Notes: generated from the letters alone by a model not told the origin. A DNA stretch of 64,000 bases from an uncultured Alphaproteobacteria bacterium (GCA_944392125.1 CALXVP010000001.1:132325-196324); one strand, 5' to 3'; numbered from the stretch's first letter, positions 28,410 to 39,297 are shown. Numbers and translations are program-made.

Positions 28410-29369
28410 TTATCCTTTCACTTCAAAAAAATCGGGAGCAACATCGCCGTTTGTCCGAACCTCGCAATAAGCCGTTATATCCTGTGGTAAATACGGCAAA
28501 ATACCGGGGTGAACAACCAATACCGCTTTCCCGCTTTTAATCTTAAACACGGCGCGCATTATCATCGGAACCAATGCCGTAGGCGTTATATATCCGCCGG
28601 GCGTTAAGAATGAATCAATAAGGGAAGCCGTTGTGCGCATCCGTTTAAGTTCCAACAACTTTGTGCGTGTGAACCCGTAAACCGTTGTGCGCTTGTCACG
28701 CTTCAACAACCGTTTTATTTGCAAAATAAGTTCCGCTTGTTCTGCTTTGCTTTTAAATCCCGCAAAATCAATTAAAATAATGCCGGATAAATTCTTTAAA
28801 ATGATTTGTTTGGCAATCAACTCTACCGCTTGTGCGTTAATTTCGCGTAACGGCAAAAGCGAAGTTGCCGAATCAACATCTATACACCAACATCCGTTTG
28901 TGCGCTCAATATGAATTTTGGCACCCCGCGCCATCCCGATATCCGCTTCAAGCGCTTCTTCAATGAGCGAATCAGTCAGATTCGTCGTATCGTTTTCAAT
29001 AGGGCTGATTTCTTGCGGTAAATTTGCCGTTATATCCGGTAAACGGCAGGCAGTTTCAGCCGTCAAGCGTCCCGTTGCGTCTTTGCCGAGGCGTGCTTCC
29101 TTTGTGATTTCTACAAAAACCGAATCACCCTCTTTTAATTTTTCATTCGTGGGAATAAAAACCGAGCAACACATATCAATGCGCGACTTTTTATCGGTTT
29201 TCACAAAATAACCGCGGAGTGTTTCATTTCTTTGAATAACTTTCCCCGAAACCACTTCACCGAAATTCAGCATATTCTCACGCTGGATTCTAAAATAAAG
29301 TGGCGTTCCGTCATTTTCCATAACGGTTAAGATTTTTTGCCCGAATCCGGATTGAAGAATGGCTTTCAT
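28410..29369 (-). CDS. rng: RNase E/G-family ribonuclease (short, RNase G-like)
   Basis: S1-like segment GEVVSGKVIQRNETLRGYFVKTD and catalytic-core-like DIGMARGAKIHIERTNGCWCIDVDSA. Conserved maf-rng synteny. Confidence 0.6.
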   Translation of the reverse strand: MKAILQSGFGQKILTVMENDGTPLYFRIQRENMLNFGEVVSGKVIQRNETLRGYFVKTDKKSRIDMCCSVFIPTNEKLKEGDSVFVEITKEARLGKDATGRLTAETACRLPDITANLPQEISPIENDTTNLTDSLIEEALEADIGMARGAKIHIERTNGCWCIDVDSATSLLPLREINAQAVELIAKQIILKNLSGIILIDFAGFKSKAEQAELILQIKRLLKRDKRTTVYGFTRTKLLELKRMRTTASLIDSFLTPGGYITPTALVPMIMRAVFKIKSGKAVLVVHPGILPYLPQDITAYCEVRTNGDVAPDFFEVKG

Positions 29370-29956
29370 TAACCGAGTATCCCGCGCAGAATATGAACAA
29401 CATCGTAAACGGGAATACCCACCACACTATCGTATGAACCGTTCATCCGATGAATAAATGCGCTGATAATCCCCTCTATCCGATACCCGGCAACACCCTT
29501 CCATTCATCCGTTTTTAAAATAAAATCAATATCTTCCTTTGATAACCGTTTCATTTTCACGGAAGTGGAATTAACTCTGGTTATTGCACGTCCGTCGGGC
29601 GCAATCACGCATAATCCCGTAATAACCCGATGCGTTCTGCCCGAAAGCAATTCCAAATGCGCCCTTGCCTCCTCTACCGTATGCGCCTTTCGGATAACAC
29701 GTCGGCCGACAGCCAAAATCGTATCGGCCGCTACCACGCATTTATTCGGATGTTCCTCAAAGACGGCGCGCGCCTTCTGAACAGCGATTCGTTTCACATA
29801 TCGCGCGGGCAATTCGCCTTTTTGCTCGCATTCGTCAATATCGGGGGATATAACGGCATCCGGCTCCAAATAAACGCTTTGCAATAAACGTTTGCGTTGA
29901 GGCGAACCGGATGCCAGAATAAATCCCTGTTTTAACTGCCAGAAATTACTATTCAT
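29369..29956 (-). CDS. maf: Maf-family nucleoside triphosphate pyrophosphatase
   Basis: ILASGSPQRKRLL N-terminal motif. 195 aa. Confidence 0.85.
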   Translation of the reverse strand: MNSNFWQLKQGFILASGSPQRKRLLQSVYLEPDAVISPDIDECEQKGELPARYVKRIAVQKARAVFEEHPNKCVVAADTILAVGRRVIRKAHTVEEARAHLELLSGRTHRVITGLCVIAPDGRAITRVNSTSVKMKRLSKEDIDFILKTDEWKGVAGYRIEGIISAFIHRMNGSYDSVVGIPVYDVVHILRGILG

Positions 29957-29971
29957 TCATCTTCGCTTTTA

Positions 29972-30391
29972 TTATTCGTCGGCCTGCGTTTTTTCTTTGC
30001 GTTCGTGGCGTTCCTGCGCTTCAATGCAAAGCGTTGCGACCGGACGCGCCTCTAACCGTTTCAAGCCGATAGGCTCACCCGTTTCTTCGCAATAACCGTA
30101 TGTGCCGTCGGCAATACGCGCCAACGCGCCGTCAATTTTCTTAATCAACTTACGCATACGATCCCGCGTGCGCAATTCAAGCGACTGATCGGCTTCATTG
30201 CTGGCTCTGTCATTCATATCGGCGGCACGCAGATTTGTTTCTTTTAAGTCTTGCAACGTAAAAGCCGATTCTTTCAATAATTCTTCCTTCCATGCCAGAA
30301 GTTTTTGTCTGAAATATTCCAGCTGTTTTTCGTTCATATATTCTTCATTTTCAGAGGGAACATAGTCGGGTGGTAATGTGATAATGGTCAT
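29972..30391 (-). CDS. dksA: RNA polymerase-binding transcription factor DksA (2-Cys variant)
   Basis: Acidic coiled-coil tip (ADMNDRASNEADQS), LELRTRDRMRKLIKKID, and a C-terminal GYCEETGEPIGLKRLEARPVATLCIEAQ. Only two of the four canonical zinc-finger Cys are present. Confidence 0.8.
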   Translation of the reverse strand: MTIITLPPDYVPSENEEYMNEKQLEYFRQKLLAWKEELLKESAFTLQDLKETNLRAADMNDRASNEADQSLELRTRDRMRKLIKKIDGALARIADGTYGYCEETGEPIGLKRLEARPVATLCIEAQERHERKEKTQADE

Positions 30392-30525
30392 AACTTCCTC
30401 CTTTTTTGGTGTTGATGATTCTTATAGATAGCGAAATTATATCTGAATGTCAAGGTTGTTTTTTTACTTGCCATTCATAAAACCTTTTGTTATGTATAAA
30501 AGAAAGAGTTAAAAGGAGCAAGATA

Positions 30526-31929
30526 ATGAAAATCGGTATTTTATTGATGGGTTGTTTTTTGGCATACACGCCGTTTTCCGCTTGGAGCGCCATTCCGGAT
30601 AATTGCGAAACACTTCTTCGGCAAGCCGAATCGTCCGATACGGCAAACATGCCAAATTCTGCCGAAAATCCCTATGACGCATGCGGATTTAACGATGAAA
30701 AAATCGTTTGGGAAACTTGGGCCCCGTTTGCCTCGCAAAATAATTTAAAACGAGCGCTTTATGAAATATGCGTGCGCTACCCGGAACATATTTACCACGA
30801 TACATACTGCGAAAAATCGGCAGAACTCGGTTACGGCCCCGCCTTGGCAATCAAAGCGGAAAATTTAATACAAAAAGGAGAAATTAAAACCGGTTTATCA
30901 TGGGCAACAAAAGCCATTGAAACAAATCAACTTTCAACGGAACAAACGGGAAAATTATTAGAGGTTATCGGCGTTAATTATTTTCAAAATAAAAATCCGC
31001 AATATCAAGCCTATTTAGAGCAAGCCGCCGTGCGTCGCTCGGCTCTTGCCAATCATTTGTTGGGTGTTTTGGCGTATGAAAAAGCAGAACAAAATGCCGA
31101 ACAGGAACAAATGGCGTTTCAACTGATATGGCGCGCTATTTTACTCGATTGCCCGAATGCCGAGGAAAATTTAGGATTATTTCATTTGAAACGACAAGGC
31201 AAAATTCCCTTTGATACCGCCTTACGCATGATGCAGGAAAAAATGATGACGTGTCAACCGACACCGCAAGGCACAAGCGCTTCGGATTCGGAAGATAAAG
31301 AATTTTATTCCTGTCGCTGTAAAACAGCTATTGAAACAGAAAAAAGATACCGTGAAAAGCCATATCTGCTCCTCAAAACAGAAGGTGATCGTGCCCTATT
31401 GCAAGATGAGAGCGGACAAGAATATCAAGTATCCGTTAAAGATAACCTGCCCAATCAAGGAACGGTTGCCGAAATTCGCAAAAGCGCCGTTATCTTAACA
31501 TATCCGAATGACCGCGTTATTTTAAACTTATATAAACCCAATAAATGTGCCGAATTTTGCACAAAAAACAATATTACGGAAAACTTAACACCCGAAGAAA
31601 TGGAAAAGCGTTTAATGGGAGATGTCGGCCTTATCATCAAGCCCTATCATCTTTCGTTTACACCCCAAGAATGCGAAACAATCCTTTATTATGCGCCGGA
31701 TTTGGTGGATACGAATTTACCTTTTGTCGGGAAAGAAGAATGCGCCACCGCCGTCAATGCCGGCACCGAGAACAGTATATTAAATCAAATTTTATCACGT
31801 GAAGAAAGCAATAAGCCAGAAACTTCCGATACGGCAGAAGCCGATGATACGCTTGATGAAGAGCCAACGGATATTACGGAAGAAACCAAGCGCAGACTCA
31901 AACAATTCGGCGCAGACTTGATGGAATAA
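30526..31929 (+). CDS. secreted hypothetical protein (helical-repeat N-terminal half, acidic C-terminal tail)
   Basis: Signal peptide (MKIGILLMGCFLAYTPFSAWSA). No assignable family. Confidence 0.35.
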   Translation: MKIGILLMGCFLAYTPFSAWSAIPDNCETLLRQAESSDTANMPNSAENPYDACGFNDEKIVWETWAPFASQNNLKRALYEICVRYPEHIYHDTYCEKSAELGYGPALAIKAENLIQKGEIKTGLSWATKAIETNQLSTEQTGKLLEVIGVNYFQNKNPQYQAYLEQAAVRRSALANHLLGVLAYEKAEQNAEQEQMAFQLIWRAILLDCPNAEENLGLFHLKRQGKIPFDTALRMMQEKMMTCQPTPQGTSASDSEDKEFYSCRCKTAIETEKRYREKPYLLLKTEGDRALLQDESGQEYQVSVKDNLPNQGTVAEIRKSAVILTYPNDRVILNLYKPNKCAEFCTKNNITENLTPEEMEKRLMGDVGLIIKPYHLSFTPQECETILYYAPDLVDTNLPFVGKEECATAVNAGTENSILNQILSREESNKPETSDTAEADDTLDEEPTDITEETKRRLKQFGADLME

Positions 31930-32059
31930 CAGTTCCATACTGCCGTCTCAAGCGAAGATTTAAGCAAGTCGACGCACGATGCGAAAACGATAACAACGGC
32001 ACAACATTTTAAATTTTAAAAATTTGCCGACACTCTCTGTGCAAAGAGTTCAAATACAT

Positions 32060-33022
32060 TTACATCGGCAAAGATTTTAAGAATGCGCGTATATATTTCT
32101 TTGAAAGACATGATAATTTTTTCGAACCATGCCCGATATCCGGCACGATTTTAAGCTCGGCATTATCCATGGCGCGGTATAAATCGTATGCTTGCGAAAC
32201 AGGACACGTCATATCCAACCGATTATGCACAATCAGTGTCGGAATATGCTTAATTTTACCGATATTTTTGAGTAATTCGTTTTCTTTTAAAAACATACCG
32301 TTTCGTTCATATTCCAAAGCAATCTTTAATGAGTTGACTGAATTATCATACAGAGCCGTTATCGGCTTAAAAGCCGGGTTCACTTTCCCTAAACAGCGTT
32401 CGTATGCTCCGTAATACTGCATAGCCGTTTTCATTTGTTCATAATTACCCGAAAATAATAAACGGGCATAGCCGTCTAATAAATTTTCTTTCGGTTTCAA
32501 AACAGATTTCATCTCCGCCATCAAATCGGGATAAAATAAAGCGCTTGTCTCATCTGCCCAATCTAAATCTGCTTTCCGCGCCAAGAAAACGGATTTCAAC
32601 ACAAGCGCTTTGACCAATTTCGGATTTTTTTCGGCAAACAATAAAGCCAATGTTGATCCGTAAGAACCTCCGGCGACAATAATTTTCTGATTCGGCACCA
32701 ACATTTCAAGTAGTTTTTCCGCATCGTTGACAGCCTCATGCGACGTATTATTTTTGAGTAAGTCGGTATAGCGAGATTGTCCGCACCCGCGTTGACTGAA
32801 TAAAATAATATGATATACCGATAAATCATACGCACTCGCTTGCGCCGGACGACAAGATCCGCCCGGTCCGCCGTGAAATTGTAGCACGGGGATTCCCTTT
32901 GGATTACCAAATTCCATATAATGAATTTCGTGTCCGTCGTCGACGGGCAAAAAGCCCTCGTTAAACGGTTTTGGGTCTTTTCTAAAACATTTAACGAACA
33001 GAGATAACAACATATTTTCCAT
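32060..33022 (-). CDS. pip: proline iminopeptidase (alpha/beta hydrolase, S33 family)
   Basis: HGGPGGS oxyanion motif and GGSYGSTLAL nucleophile elbow. Confidence 0.75.
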   Translation of the reverse strand: MENMLLSLFVKCFRKDPKPFNEGFLPVDDGHEIHYMEFGNPKGIPVLQFHGGPGGSCRPAQASAYDLSVYHIILFSQRGCGQSRYTDLLKNNTSHEAVNDAEKLLEMLVPNQKIIVAGGSYGSTLALLFAEKNPKLVKALVLKSVFLARKADLDWADETSALFYPDLMAEMKSVLKPKENLLDGYARLLFSGNYEQMKTAMQYYGAYERCLGKVNPAFKPITALYDNSVNSLKIALEYERNGMFLKENELLKNIGKIKHIPTLIVHNRLDMTCPVSQAYDLYRAMDNAELKIVPDIGHGSKKLSCLSKKYIRAFLKSLPM

Positions 33023-33035
33023 ATTTTAAATTCCT

Positions 33036-33404
33036 TTATTTTGAGTAAGGCACACCAGCCATTTTTTGAATCTGAATACCAACCACGCCCGTTTTTTCTT
33101 GGGCATCAAGCGCATAAATAGAGCGCATTGTTTTCACGAGTGCTTCTCTATTTGAAAAACCTGCCGATTGTGGCGAAATCATTTCGGATAATTCCCGAAA
33201 ACTCCTTGCGTGAATCAGGCTTATGACGGTTGCGGGAAATGAATCATGCGGGTTTTCCGCTTTCAAAAAAACGATGGTATCTCCCACCTGAATTTTTTGA
33301 CGCTTTTCATCCCATAACCGCAATTCAACCGTCTTTACACCTGATTTTAACAAGTGATAATAAGGCTCGCGGACGGATAATTGATGAATGATACTTTTAT
33401 CCAT
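33036..33404 (-). CDS. ASCH-domain protein
   Basis: 122 aa. YYHLLKSGVKTVELRLWDEKRQKIQVGDTIVF matches the ASCH/PUA-like beta-barrel pattern. Confidence 0.55.
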   Translation of the reverse strand: MDKSIIHQLSVREPYYHLLKSGVKTVELRLWDEKRQKIQVGDTIVFLKAENPHDSFPATVISLIHARSFRELSEMISPQSAGFSNREALVKTMRSIYALDAQEKTGVVGIQIQKMAGVPYSK

Positions 33405-33522
33405 TGTTATTATTCTTGATTATTCATTTCCCGTTTTGAAGATAACCTATTTTTAAAAGCGTTGCAAGAAAATTTTATGGATTGCTTCTCCAATGTATAT
33501 ATTTATCCGAGATATTACTTAT

Positions 33523-35442
33523 TTATCCCAGCCGTTCGCTGAGGTTGAGCCAAATTTCTTCTTGCTCGGCGATTTTGGTTTCTATCTTTTTCAACTCATT
33601 TTGAATTTGCAGAATTTCGGCACCCGAAAGCGGTGTTTCAAATTTTTGTTGCAAAAGATGTTGTTGCGCTGTCAATTCCGAAAGAATACGCTCCGCCTGC
33701 CCCATTTTCGCCTTGATTTGCCGGATTTGTGACGCCGAAAGACGCGTTATTCCTTGCATGGCTTCCGAAGATTTTTGAGAAGCACTCGCACCCGCCTCAG
33801 CCGTCGCATCCGGTAACTGATTTGTTTTTGAGGCAAGCGTTGTTGACTTTTTTTGCTTTTGAGCAACCTGTTCATTTTTATGCAACAAAAAATCGCGGTA
33901 ATCGGATAAATCGCCTTGATACGGTAAACACCGTTCTTTATCAATTAACCACAATTCATCGGCAAACAGTTCAATTAAGTGAAAATCGTGCGTAATCAAT
34001 AAAACCGAGCCTTCAAATTGATTCAAGGCGTCCAAAAGCGCCTCGCGACCTTTCATATCCAAGTGATTTGTCGGTTCGTCCAAAATCAGAAGCGCGGGTT
34101 TTTCGCGCGCAATGCGGGCAAAAATAAGCCGTGCTTTCTCACCGCCCGAAAGATATTTAATCGCCGTCAAAGCCTTATCATTATTGATACCGAACGTTGC
34201 CAAATAAGAGCGAACGGCGGTAGGCGTTGAATCGGGCATCATGGGTTGAAAATAAGAAAGAGGCGTTTCGTCAAGAGGTAAATCCTCTTCTTGATGTTGG
34301 GCGAAATAACCGATTTTCAAACGCGATAATCGGTTGATTTTTCCTGTAAAAGCCGGCAATTTGCCATCTAATAATTTCGCAAACGTGGATTTGCCGTTTC
34401 CGTTTTTCCCAAGTAAGGCAATCCGTTCGTTTAAGCCGATACTGAGTGTTAATTTTCGCAAAACAACATGTTCACCGTAACCGGTTGATACATCGTCTAA
34501 CGAAATAAGCGGCGGGGCTAATCGTTCAGGCGTCGGGAAAGTAAAATGATCATGCGATTCGGCACCGAGCACTGCAACATCTTTTAACTTTTCAAGCATT
34601 TTTAAGCGACTTTGCGCCTGTTTTGCTTTGGATGCTTTATAACGAAATCGATCAACATACGCTTGTAAATGGGCGCGCTTTTCGGCAATTTTGGCGGATT
34701 GTGCCACCTGTTGCGCGCGCGTTATGTTCCGTGTTTCTTCAAATGTATCATAATTACCGCGATATAAAATTAATTTTTGCGAATCAAAATGTAAAATGGT
34801 ATCGCATAAGTCATTTAAAAGCATTCTGTCATGACTGATGAGCAAAAGCGTGCCACGATACTTTTTTAAATGCGATTCAAGCCAAACGGATGCCTCTAAA
34901 TCCAAGTGATTTGTCGGTTCGTCAAGTAGCAAAATATCGGAATAGCGAAACAAAGCCCCTGCCAAAGATAACCGCATGCGCCATCCGCCCGAAAAATCGG
35001 AAACGGGTCGCGTTAAATCTTCATTGGAAAAGCCTAACCCGTTTAAAATCTGGGCAATTTTTCCTTCCGCACCCTCCGAATCAAGCATTTTTAACCGTTC
35101 GTGAACCTCGGCCAAATCGGGTGTGTTCGGATTTTCGGCCAATCGGCGCAAATGCATCAATTCCGTATCTTTGGAAAGAACATACTCCATTACCGTAAGA
35201 GCCGGATTGCCGATTGTTTGCTCCACATAAGCAATTTTCGCCGAAAGCGGTAATTGAATTTCATGATTTGCATTTCCCTCTTGATTTTCATACGCATTTA
35301 ATATTGCCCGAAAAAGCGTTGATTTACCACACCCGTTTTCGCCGACAATGCCGACTTTTTGCCCATCGGCAATATGAACGGAAGCTTTATCCAATAAAAC
35401 CCGCGCACCGATTTGAAGCGTTAAATTCGTTATATCAATCAT
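33523..35442 (-). CDS. uup: ABC-F family ATPase (Uup/EttA-like, two ABC domains plus a C-terminal coiled-coil)
   Basis: Two Walker A motifs (GENGCGKST; GKNGNGKST), two LSGG signatures, and a C-terminal coiled-coil tail. 639 aa. Confidence 0.85.
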   Translation of the reverse strand: MIDITNLTLQIGARVLLDKASVHIADGQKVGIVGENGCGKSTLFRAILNAYENQEGNANHEIQLPLSAKIAYVEQTIGNPALTVMEYVLSKDTELMHLRRLAENPNTPDLAEVHERLKMLDSEGAEGKIAQILNGLGFSNEDLTRPVSDFSGGWRMRLSLAGALFRYSDILLLDEPTNHLDLEASVWLESHLKKYRGTLLLISHDRMLLNDLCDTILHFDSQKLILYRGNYDTFEETRNITRAQQVAQSAKIAEKRAHLQAYVDRFRYKASKAKQAQSRLKMLEKLKDVAVLGAESHDHFTFPTPERLAPPLISLDDVSTGYGEHVVLRKLTLSIGLNERIALLGKNGNGKSTFAKLLDGKLPAFTGKINRLSRLKIGYFAQHQEEDLPLDETPLSYFQPMMPDSTPTAVRSYLATFGINNDKALTAIKYLSGGEKARLIFARIAREKPALLILDEPTNHLDMKGREALLDALNQFEGSVLLITHDFHLIELFADELWLIDKERCLPYQGDLSDYRDFLLHKNEQVAQKQKKSTTLASKTNQLPDATAEAGASASQKSSEAMQGITRLSASQIRQIKAKMGQAERILSELTAQQHLLQQKFETPLSGAEILQIQNELKKIETKIAEQEEIWLNLSERLG

Positions 35443-35700
35443 TTTTTACTCAAAATATCTAAATTATCTTATCGGCAACATATCTGATATTTTAAAAATA
35501 ATCAACCGCTATTTCAAATTTTTAAAAAGGATTCTCCTTGCGCATATACATATTGAAAATTTTTGTTTTCCCGAAAAAAGAGTCTCAAAAACAATTATTA
35601 TCCGAAAAATATAATTTTTTATGTATTTTTTAATGGACATTTGATTTTGTTTCTTGTATAAAAGGCTCATCATATTTTAATGATGATGAAAGGAAAAAAT

Positions 35701-38700
35701 ATGTCTGATAAACCAAAAATGAAAATGTTGGATGCAAACGAAGCAGCTGCTTTGGTTGCTCACAAATTAAATGAGGTATCCATTATTTATCCGATTACGC
35801 CGTCATCACCGATGGGCGAATGGTCGGATACATGGTCAGCCGCCGGCGTTAAAAACATCTGGGGCAAAGTGCCGGAAGTGTTGGAAATGCAATCGGAAGC
35901 GGGGGCTATCGGCGCCGTTCACGGCTCATTACAAGCCGGTTCCATCACAACCACATATACGGCTTCACAAGGCTTATTATTGATGATTCCGAATATGTTT
36001 AAAATCGCCGGTGAATTAACACCGTTTGTTATGCACGTTGCCGCGCGAACGGTTGCGGGTCATGCGTTATCCATTTTCGGCGACCACTCCGATGTGATGG
36101 CCTGCCGTCAAACGGGATTTGCCATGATTGCTTCTAACTCCGTTCAGGAAGCACAAGATTTCGCAGCGATTGCGCAAATGTCAACTTTCCTTTCACGGAT
36201 TCCGTTTATTCACTTCTTTGACGGATTTAGAACATCTCACGAAATCAACAAAATCAATTTGCTTTCGGATGATGATTTAAAAGCATTGATGGCTGATATT
36301 CCGACAGACTTTACGGCAAAACATGCCTTAAAGCCGGAAGATCCGAAAGTGCGCGGAACGGCACAAAATCCGGACGTTTATTTCCAAATTAAAGAAGCCG
36401 CCAATAAATACTATAACGCTTGCCCGGCCATTGTGGAAAAAGCAATGCGTAAATTTGAAGAAATTACGGGTCGCGCTTATCACTTGGTGGAATATCACGG
36501 CGCTACGGATGCGGAACACATCATTGTTTCCATCGGGTCCAGCGTTGAAACGGCCGAAGAAACAATCAAAGCATTAAATGCCAAAGGCGGAAAATACGGC
36601 GTTATCGGTATTCACTTGTATCGTCCGTTCCCGAAAGAAGCCTTCATTAACGCTATGCCGAAAACGGTAAAATACGTTTCTGTTTTGGATAGAACAAAAG
36701 AATCCGGCTCCGTCGGCGAACCGTTGTATTTGGACGTTGTTTCCACATTGGCGGAAGGTGTTGCAAACGGAACGGTTGCTTCTATGCCGAAAGTGTTGGG
36801 CGGACGTTACGGTTTATCTTCAAAAGAATTTACGCCGGCAATGGTCAAGGCCGTTTTGGAAAATACACAAAAAGCGCACTTTACGGTCGGTATTGATGAT
36901 GATGTGACGAACTTGTCATTATCTTATGACCCGACGTTTGATATTGAAGGCGATGACGTCAGTCGTTGTATTTTCGTCGGACTCGGTTCGGACGGAACGG
37001 TCGGTGCCAACAAAAACTCAATTAAAATTATCGCTGACGGGGATGATTATTTCGGACAAGCTTACTTTGTGTATGATTCCAAAAAGTCGGGCGGTATGAC
37101 AACTTCTCACTTGCGTTTCTCAAAGAAACCGATTAAAGCACCGTATTTAATCAGTCAAGCGGGATTTGTTGCCTGCCACCACATGCCGTTCTTATTTAAA
37201 ACGGATATATTAACATACGCCAGTAAAAATGCCGTTTTCTTGATTAACTCAACGGAACCTGCCGATAAAGTATGGGATAGTTTGCCGATTGAAGTGCAAC
37301 AAGAAATCGTTGATAAGAATATTAAATTATATGCGATTGATGCCGTAGACGTTGCGGCCAAAACGGGTATGGGCCGTCGGATTAACACGATTATGCAAAC
37401 GTGTTTCTTTGCCATTTCGGGCGTATTACCGCGTGAAGAAGCCATTGAAAAAATTAAAAAGGCCATTCAAAAAACATACGCACGCAAAGGTCAGGAAATT
37501 GTTGATGCGAATATTAAAGCCGTTGACGCTTCTTTGGCTCACTTGCATGAAATCAAAATCGGTGCCGTGAACTCTGTTCACAGACGTCAACCGGGTATCC
37601 CGACAACGGCTCCCGAATTACTGCAAAAAGTAACAGGAAAAATCATTGAAGGTCGCGGGGAACAATTACCCGTCAGCGCCTTTGAATGGACGGCGGACGG
37701 CACATGGCCGACGGATACGGCAAAATACGAAAAACGCCGGATTGCAACGGAAATTCCGGAATGGGATCCCTCGGTTTGTATTCAATGCGGCAAGTGCGTA
37801 TCGGTTTGTCCGCATGCTGCCATTCGGGCAAAAGTCTTTTCACCGGACGAACTCAAAAATGCGCCGAAAGACTTTAAATGCGCCGATTACAAAGGCAAAG
37901 AATTTGCGGGAGATAAATATGTGGTTCAAGTAGCGCCGGAAGATTGCACGGGCTGTTCACTTTGCACACAGGTTTGCCCGGCAAAGAATAAGGCAAATCC
38001 GGAGAAGAAAGCCGTCAATATGGTTCCGATTGAAACACACTTGGATGCTGATATTGAAAACTTTGATTTCTTCATGTCGTTGCCTGATGTAGATCGCACA
38101 AAGTTGTCGCCGAAGCAAATTAAGTCGGTGTCATTGATGCGTCCGTTGTTTGAGTTCTCGGGAGCGTGTGCCGGTTGCGGTGAAACACCGTATGTTAAGA
38201 TGATGACGCAATTATTCGGTGATAGATTGTTGGTTGCCAATGCAACGGGTTGTTCATCAATTTACAGCGCTAACTTGCCGACAACGCCGTATGCCAAAAA
38301 TGCGGAAGGTCGCGGTCCGGCCTGGGCAAACTCTTTGTTTGAAGATAATGCCGAATTCGGTTTGGGTATGCGCACATCCGTTGACGCCAAGACAGTCTTT
38401 GCCCTGCAATTATTAGCCGAGATGAGTGCTGATTTAGGGCAAGAACTGGTTGATGCAATTGTTTCGGCCGATCAATCGACGGAAGAAGGCATTATGGCAC
38501 AACGCACCCGCGTTCAAACGCTCAAAGATAAATTAACGGCGATGAATACGGAAAAAGCCAAATTGTTGCTTGATAATGCCGATTATCTCGTCAAGAAATC
38601 CGTTTGGATTTTAGGCGGAGACGGTTGGGCTTATGATATTGGCTACGGCGGTTTAGACCATGTGTTGTATTCGGGAAAGAATGTCAACATTATGGTAATG

Positions 38701-39243
38701 GACACCGAAGTTTACTCCAACACGGGCGGACAACGTTCAAAAGCAACACCGATCGGGGCATCAGCTAAATTTGCCATCGCCGGCAGTGAATTACCGCGTA
38801 AAGATTTGGGTATGATTGCGATGTCGTCAGGGGGTGTCTATGTTGCGAGCATTTCACTCGGTGCAAAAGATGCCCATGCTTTGCAAGCTATGAACGAAGC
38901 CGAAAGTTTCAATGGTCCTTCATTGATTATCGCATACAGCCATTGTATTTCACATGGTTATGATATCGGTAAGATGGGTCTGGAACATCAGAAGATGGCT
39001 GTTGAAACCGGTTTGTGGCCGTTGTATCGGTTTGACCCGCGTCGGGCCGAGCAAGGTTTAAATCCGTTCCAATTGGATAGTAAACCAACTCGTCCTGTTG
39101 CAGACTTTATGGCAACCGAAACACGGTTTAAAGCAGTCAAACAAAGCAATCCTGCTCATTATGAGGAGTTGGTTGCCAAAGCACAGGCTCAAATTGAACA
39201 ACGCTTCAAATTATATAACAGATTGGCAAATAACGCCGATTAA
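35701..39243 (+). CDS. nifJ: pyruvate:ferredoxin (flavodoxin) oxidoreductase, single-polypeptide PFOR
   Basis: About 1180 aa. Two 4Fe-4S ferredoxin motifs (CIQCGKCVSVCP; CTGCSLCTQVCP). TPP-binding GDGW...motif near the C-terminus. RBS upstream of the ATG at 35701. Confidence 0.93.
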   Translation: MSDKPKMKMLDANEAAALVAHKLNEVSIIYPITPSSPMGEWSDTWSAAGVKNIWGKVPEVLEMQSEAGAIGAVHGSLQAGSITTTYTASQGLLLMIPNMFKIAGELTPFVMHVAARTVAGHALSIFGDHSDVMACRQTGFAMIASNSVQEAQDFAAIAQMSTFLSRIPFIHFFDGFRTSHEINKINLLSDDDLKALMADIPTDFTAKHALKPEDPKVRGTAQNPDVYFQIKEAANKYYNACPAIVEKAMRKFEEITGRAYHLVEYHGATDAEHIIVSIGSSVETAEETIKALNAKGGKYGVIGIHLYRPFPKEAFINAMPKTVKYVSVLDRTKESGSVGEPLYLDVVSTLAEGVANGTVASMPKVLGGRYGLSSKEFTPAMVKAVLENTQKAHFTVGIDDDVTNLSLSYDPTFDIEGDDVSRCIFVGLGSDGTVGANKNSIKIIADGDDYFGQAYFVYDSKKSGGMTTSHLRFSKKPIKAPYLISQAGFVACHHMPFLFKTDILTYASKNAVFLINSTEPADKVWDSLPIEVQQEIVDKNIKLYAIDAVDVAAKTGMGRRINTIMQTCFFAISGVLPREEAIEKIKKAIQKTYARKGQEIVDANIKAVDASLAHLHEIKIGAVNSVHRRQPGIPTTAPELLQKVTGKIIEGRGEQLPVSAFEWTADGTWPTDTAKYEKRRIATEIPEWDPSVCIQCGKCVSVCPHAAIRAKVFSPDELKNAPKDFKCADYKGKEFAGDKYVVQVAPEDCTGCSLCTQVCPAKNKANPEKKAVNMVPIETHLDADIENFDFFMSLPDVDRTKLSPKQIKSVSLMRPLFEFSGACAGCGETPYVKMMTQLFGDRLLVANATGCSSIYSANLPTTPYAKNAEGRGPAWANSLFEDNAEFGLGMRTSVDAKTVFALQLLAEMSADLGQELVDAIVSADQSTEEGIMAQRTRVQTLKDKLTAMNTEKAKLLLDNADYLVKKSVWILGGDGWAYDIGYGGLDHVLYSGKNVNIMVMDTEVYSNTGGQRSKATPIGASAKFAIAGSELPRKDLGMIAMSSGGVYVASISLGAKDAHALQAMNEAESFNGPSLIIAYSHCISHGYDIGKMGLEHQKMAVETGLWPLYRFDPRRAEQGLNPFQLDSKPTRPVADFMATETRFKAVKQSNPAHYEELVAKAQAQIEQRFKLYNRLANNAD

Positions 39244-39263
39244 GTGTTGTTGTCAAAATAAAG

Positions 39264-39297
39264 AAGTCCCTGCCCTTTACGGCAGGGATTTTTTTTA
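39264..39297 (+). terminator. rho-independent terminator after PFOR (gtccctgcc-cttta-cggcaggga + T8)
   Basis: Perfect stem plus a T-run. A second hairpin at 39337-39368 with a T-run probably terminates the convergent hdeD-like gene. Confidence 0.6.
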
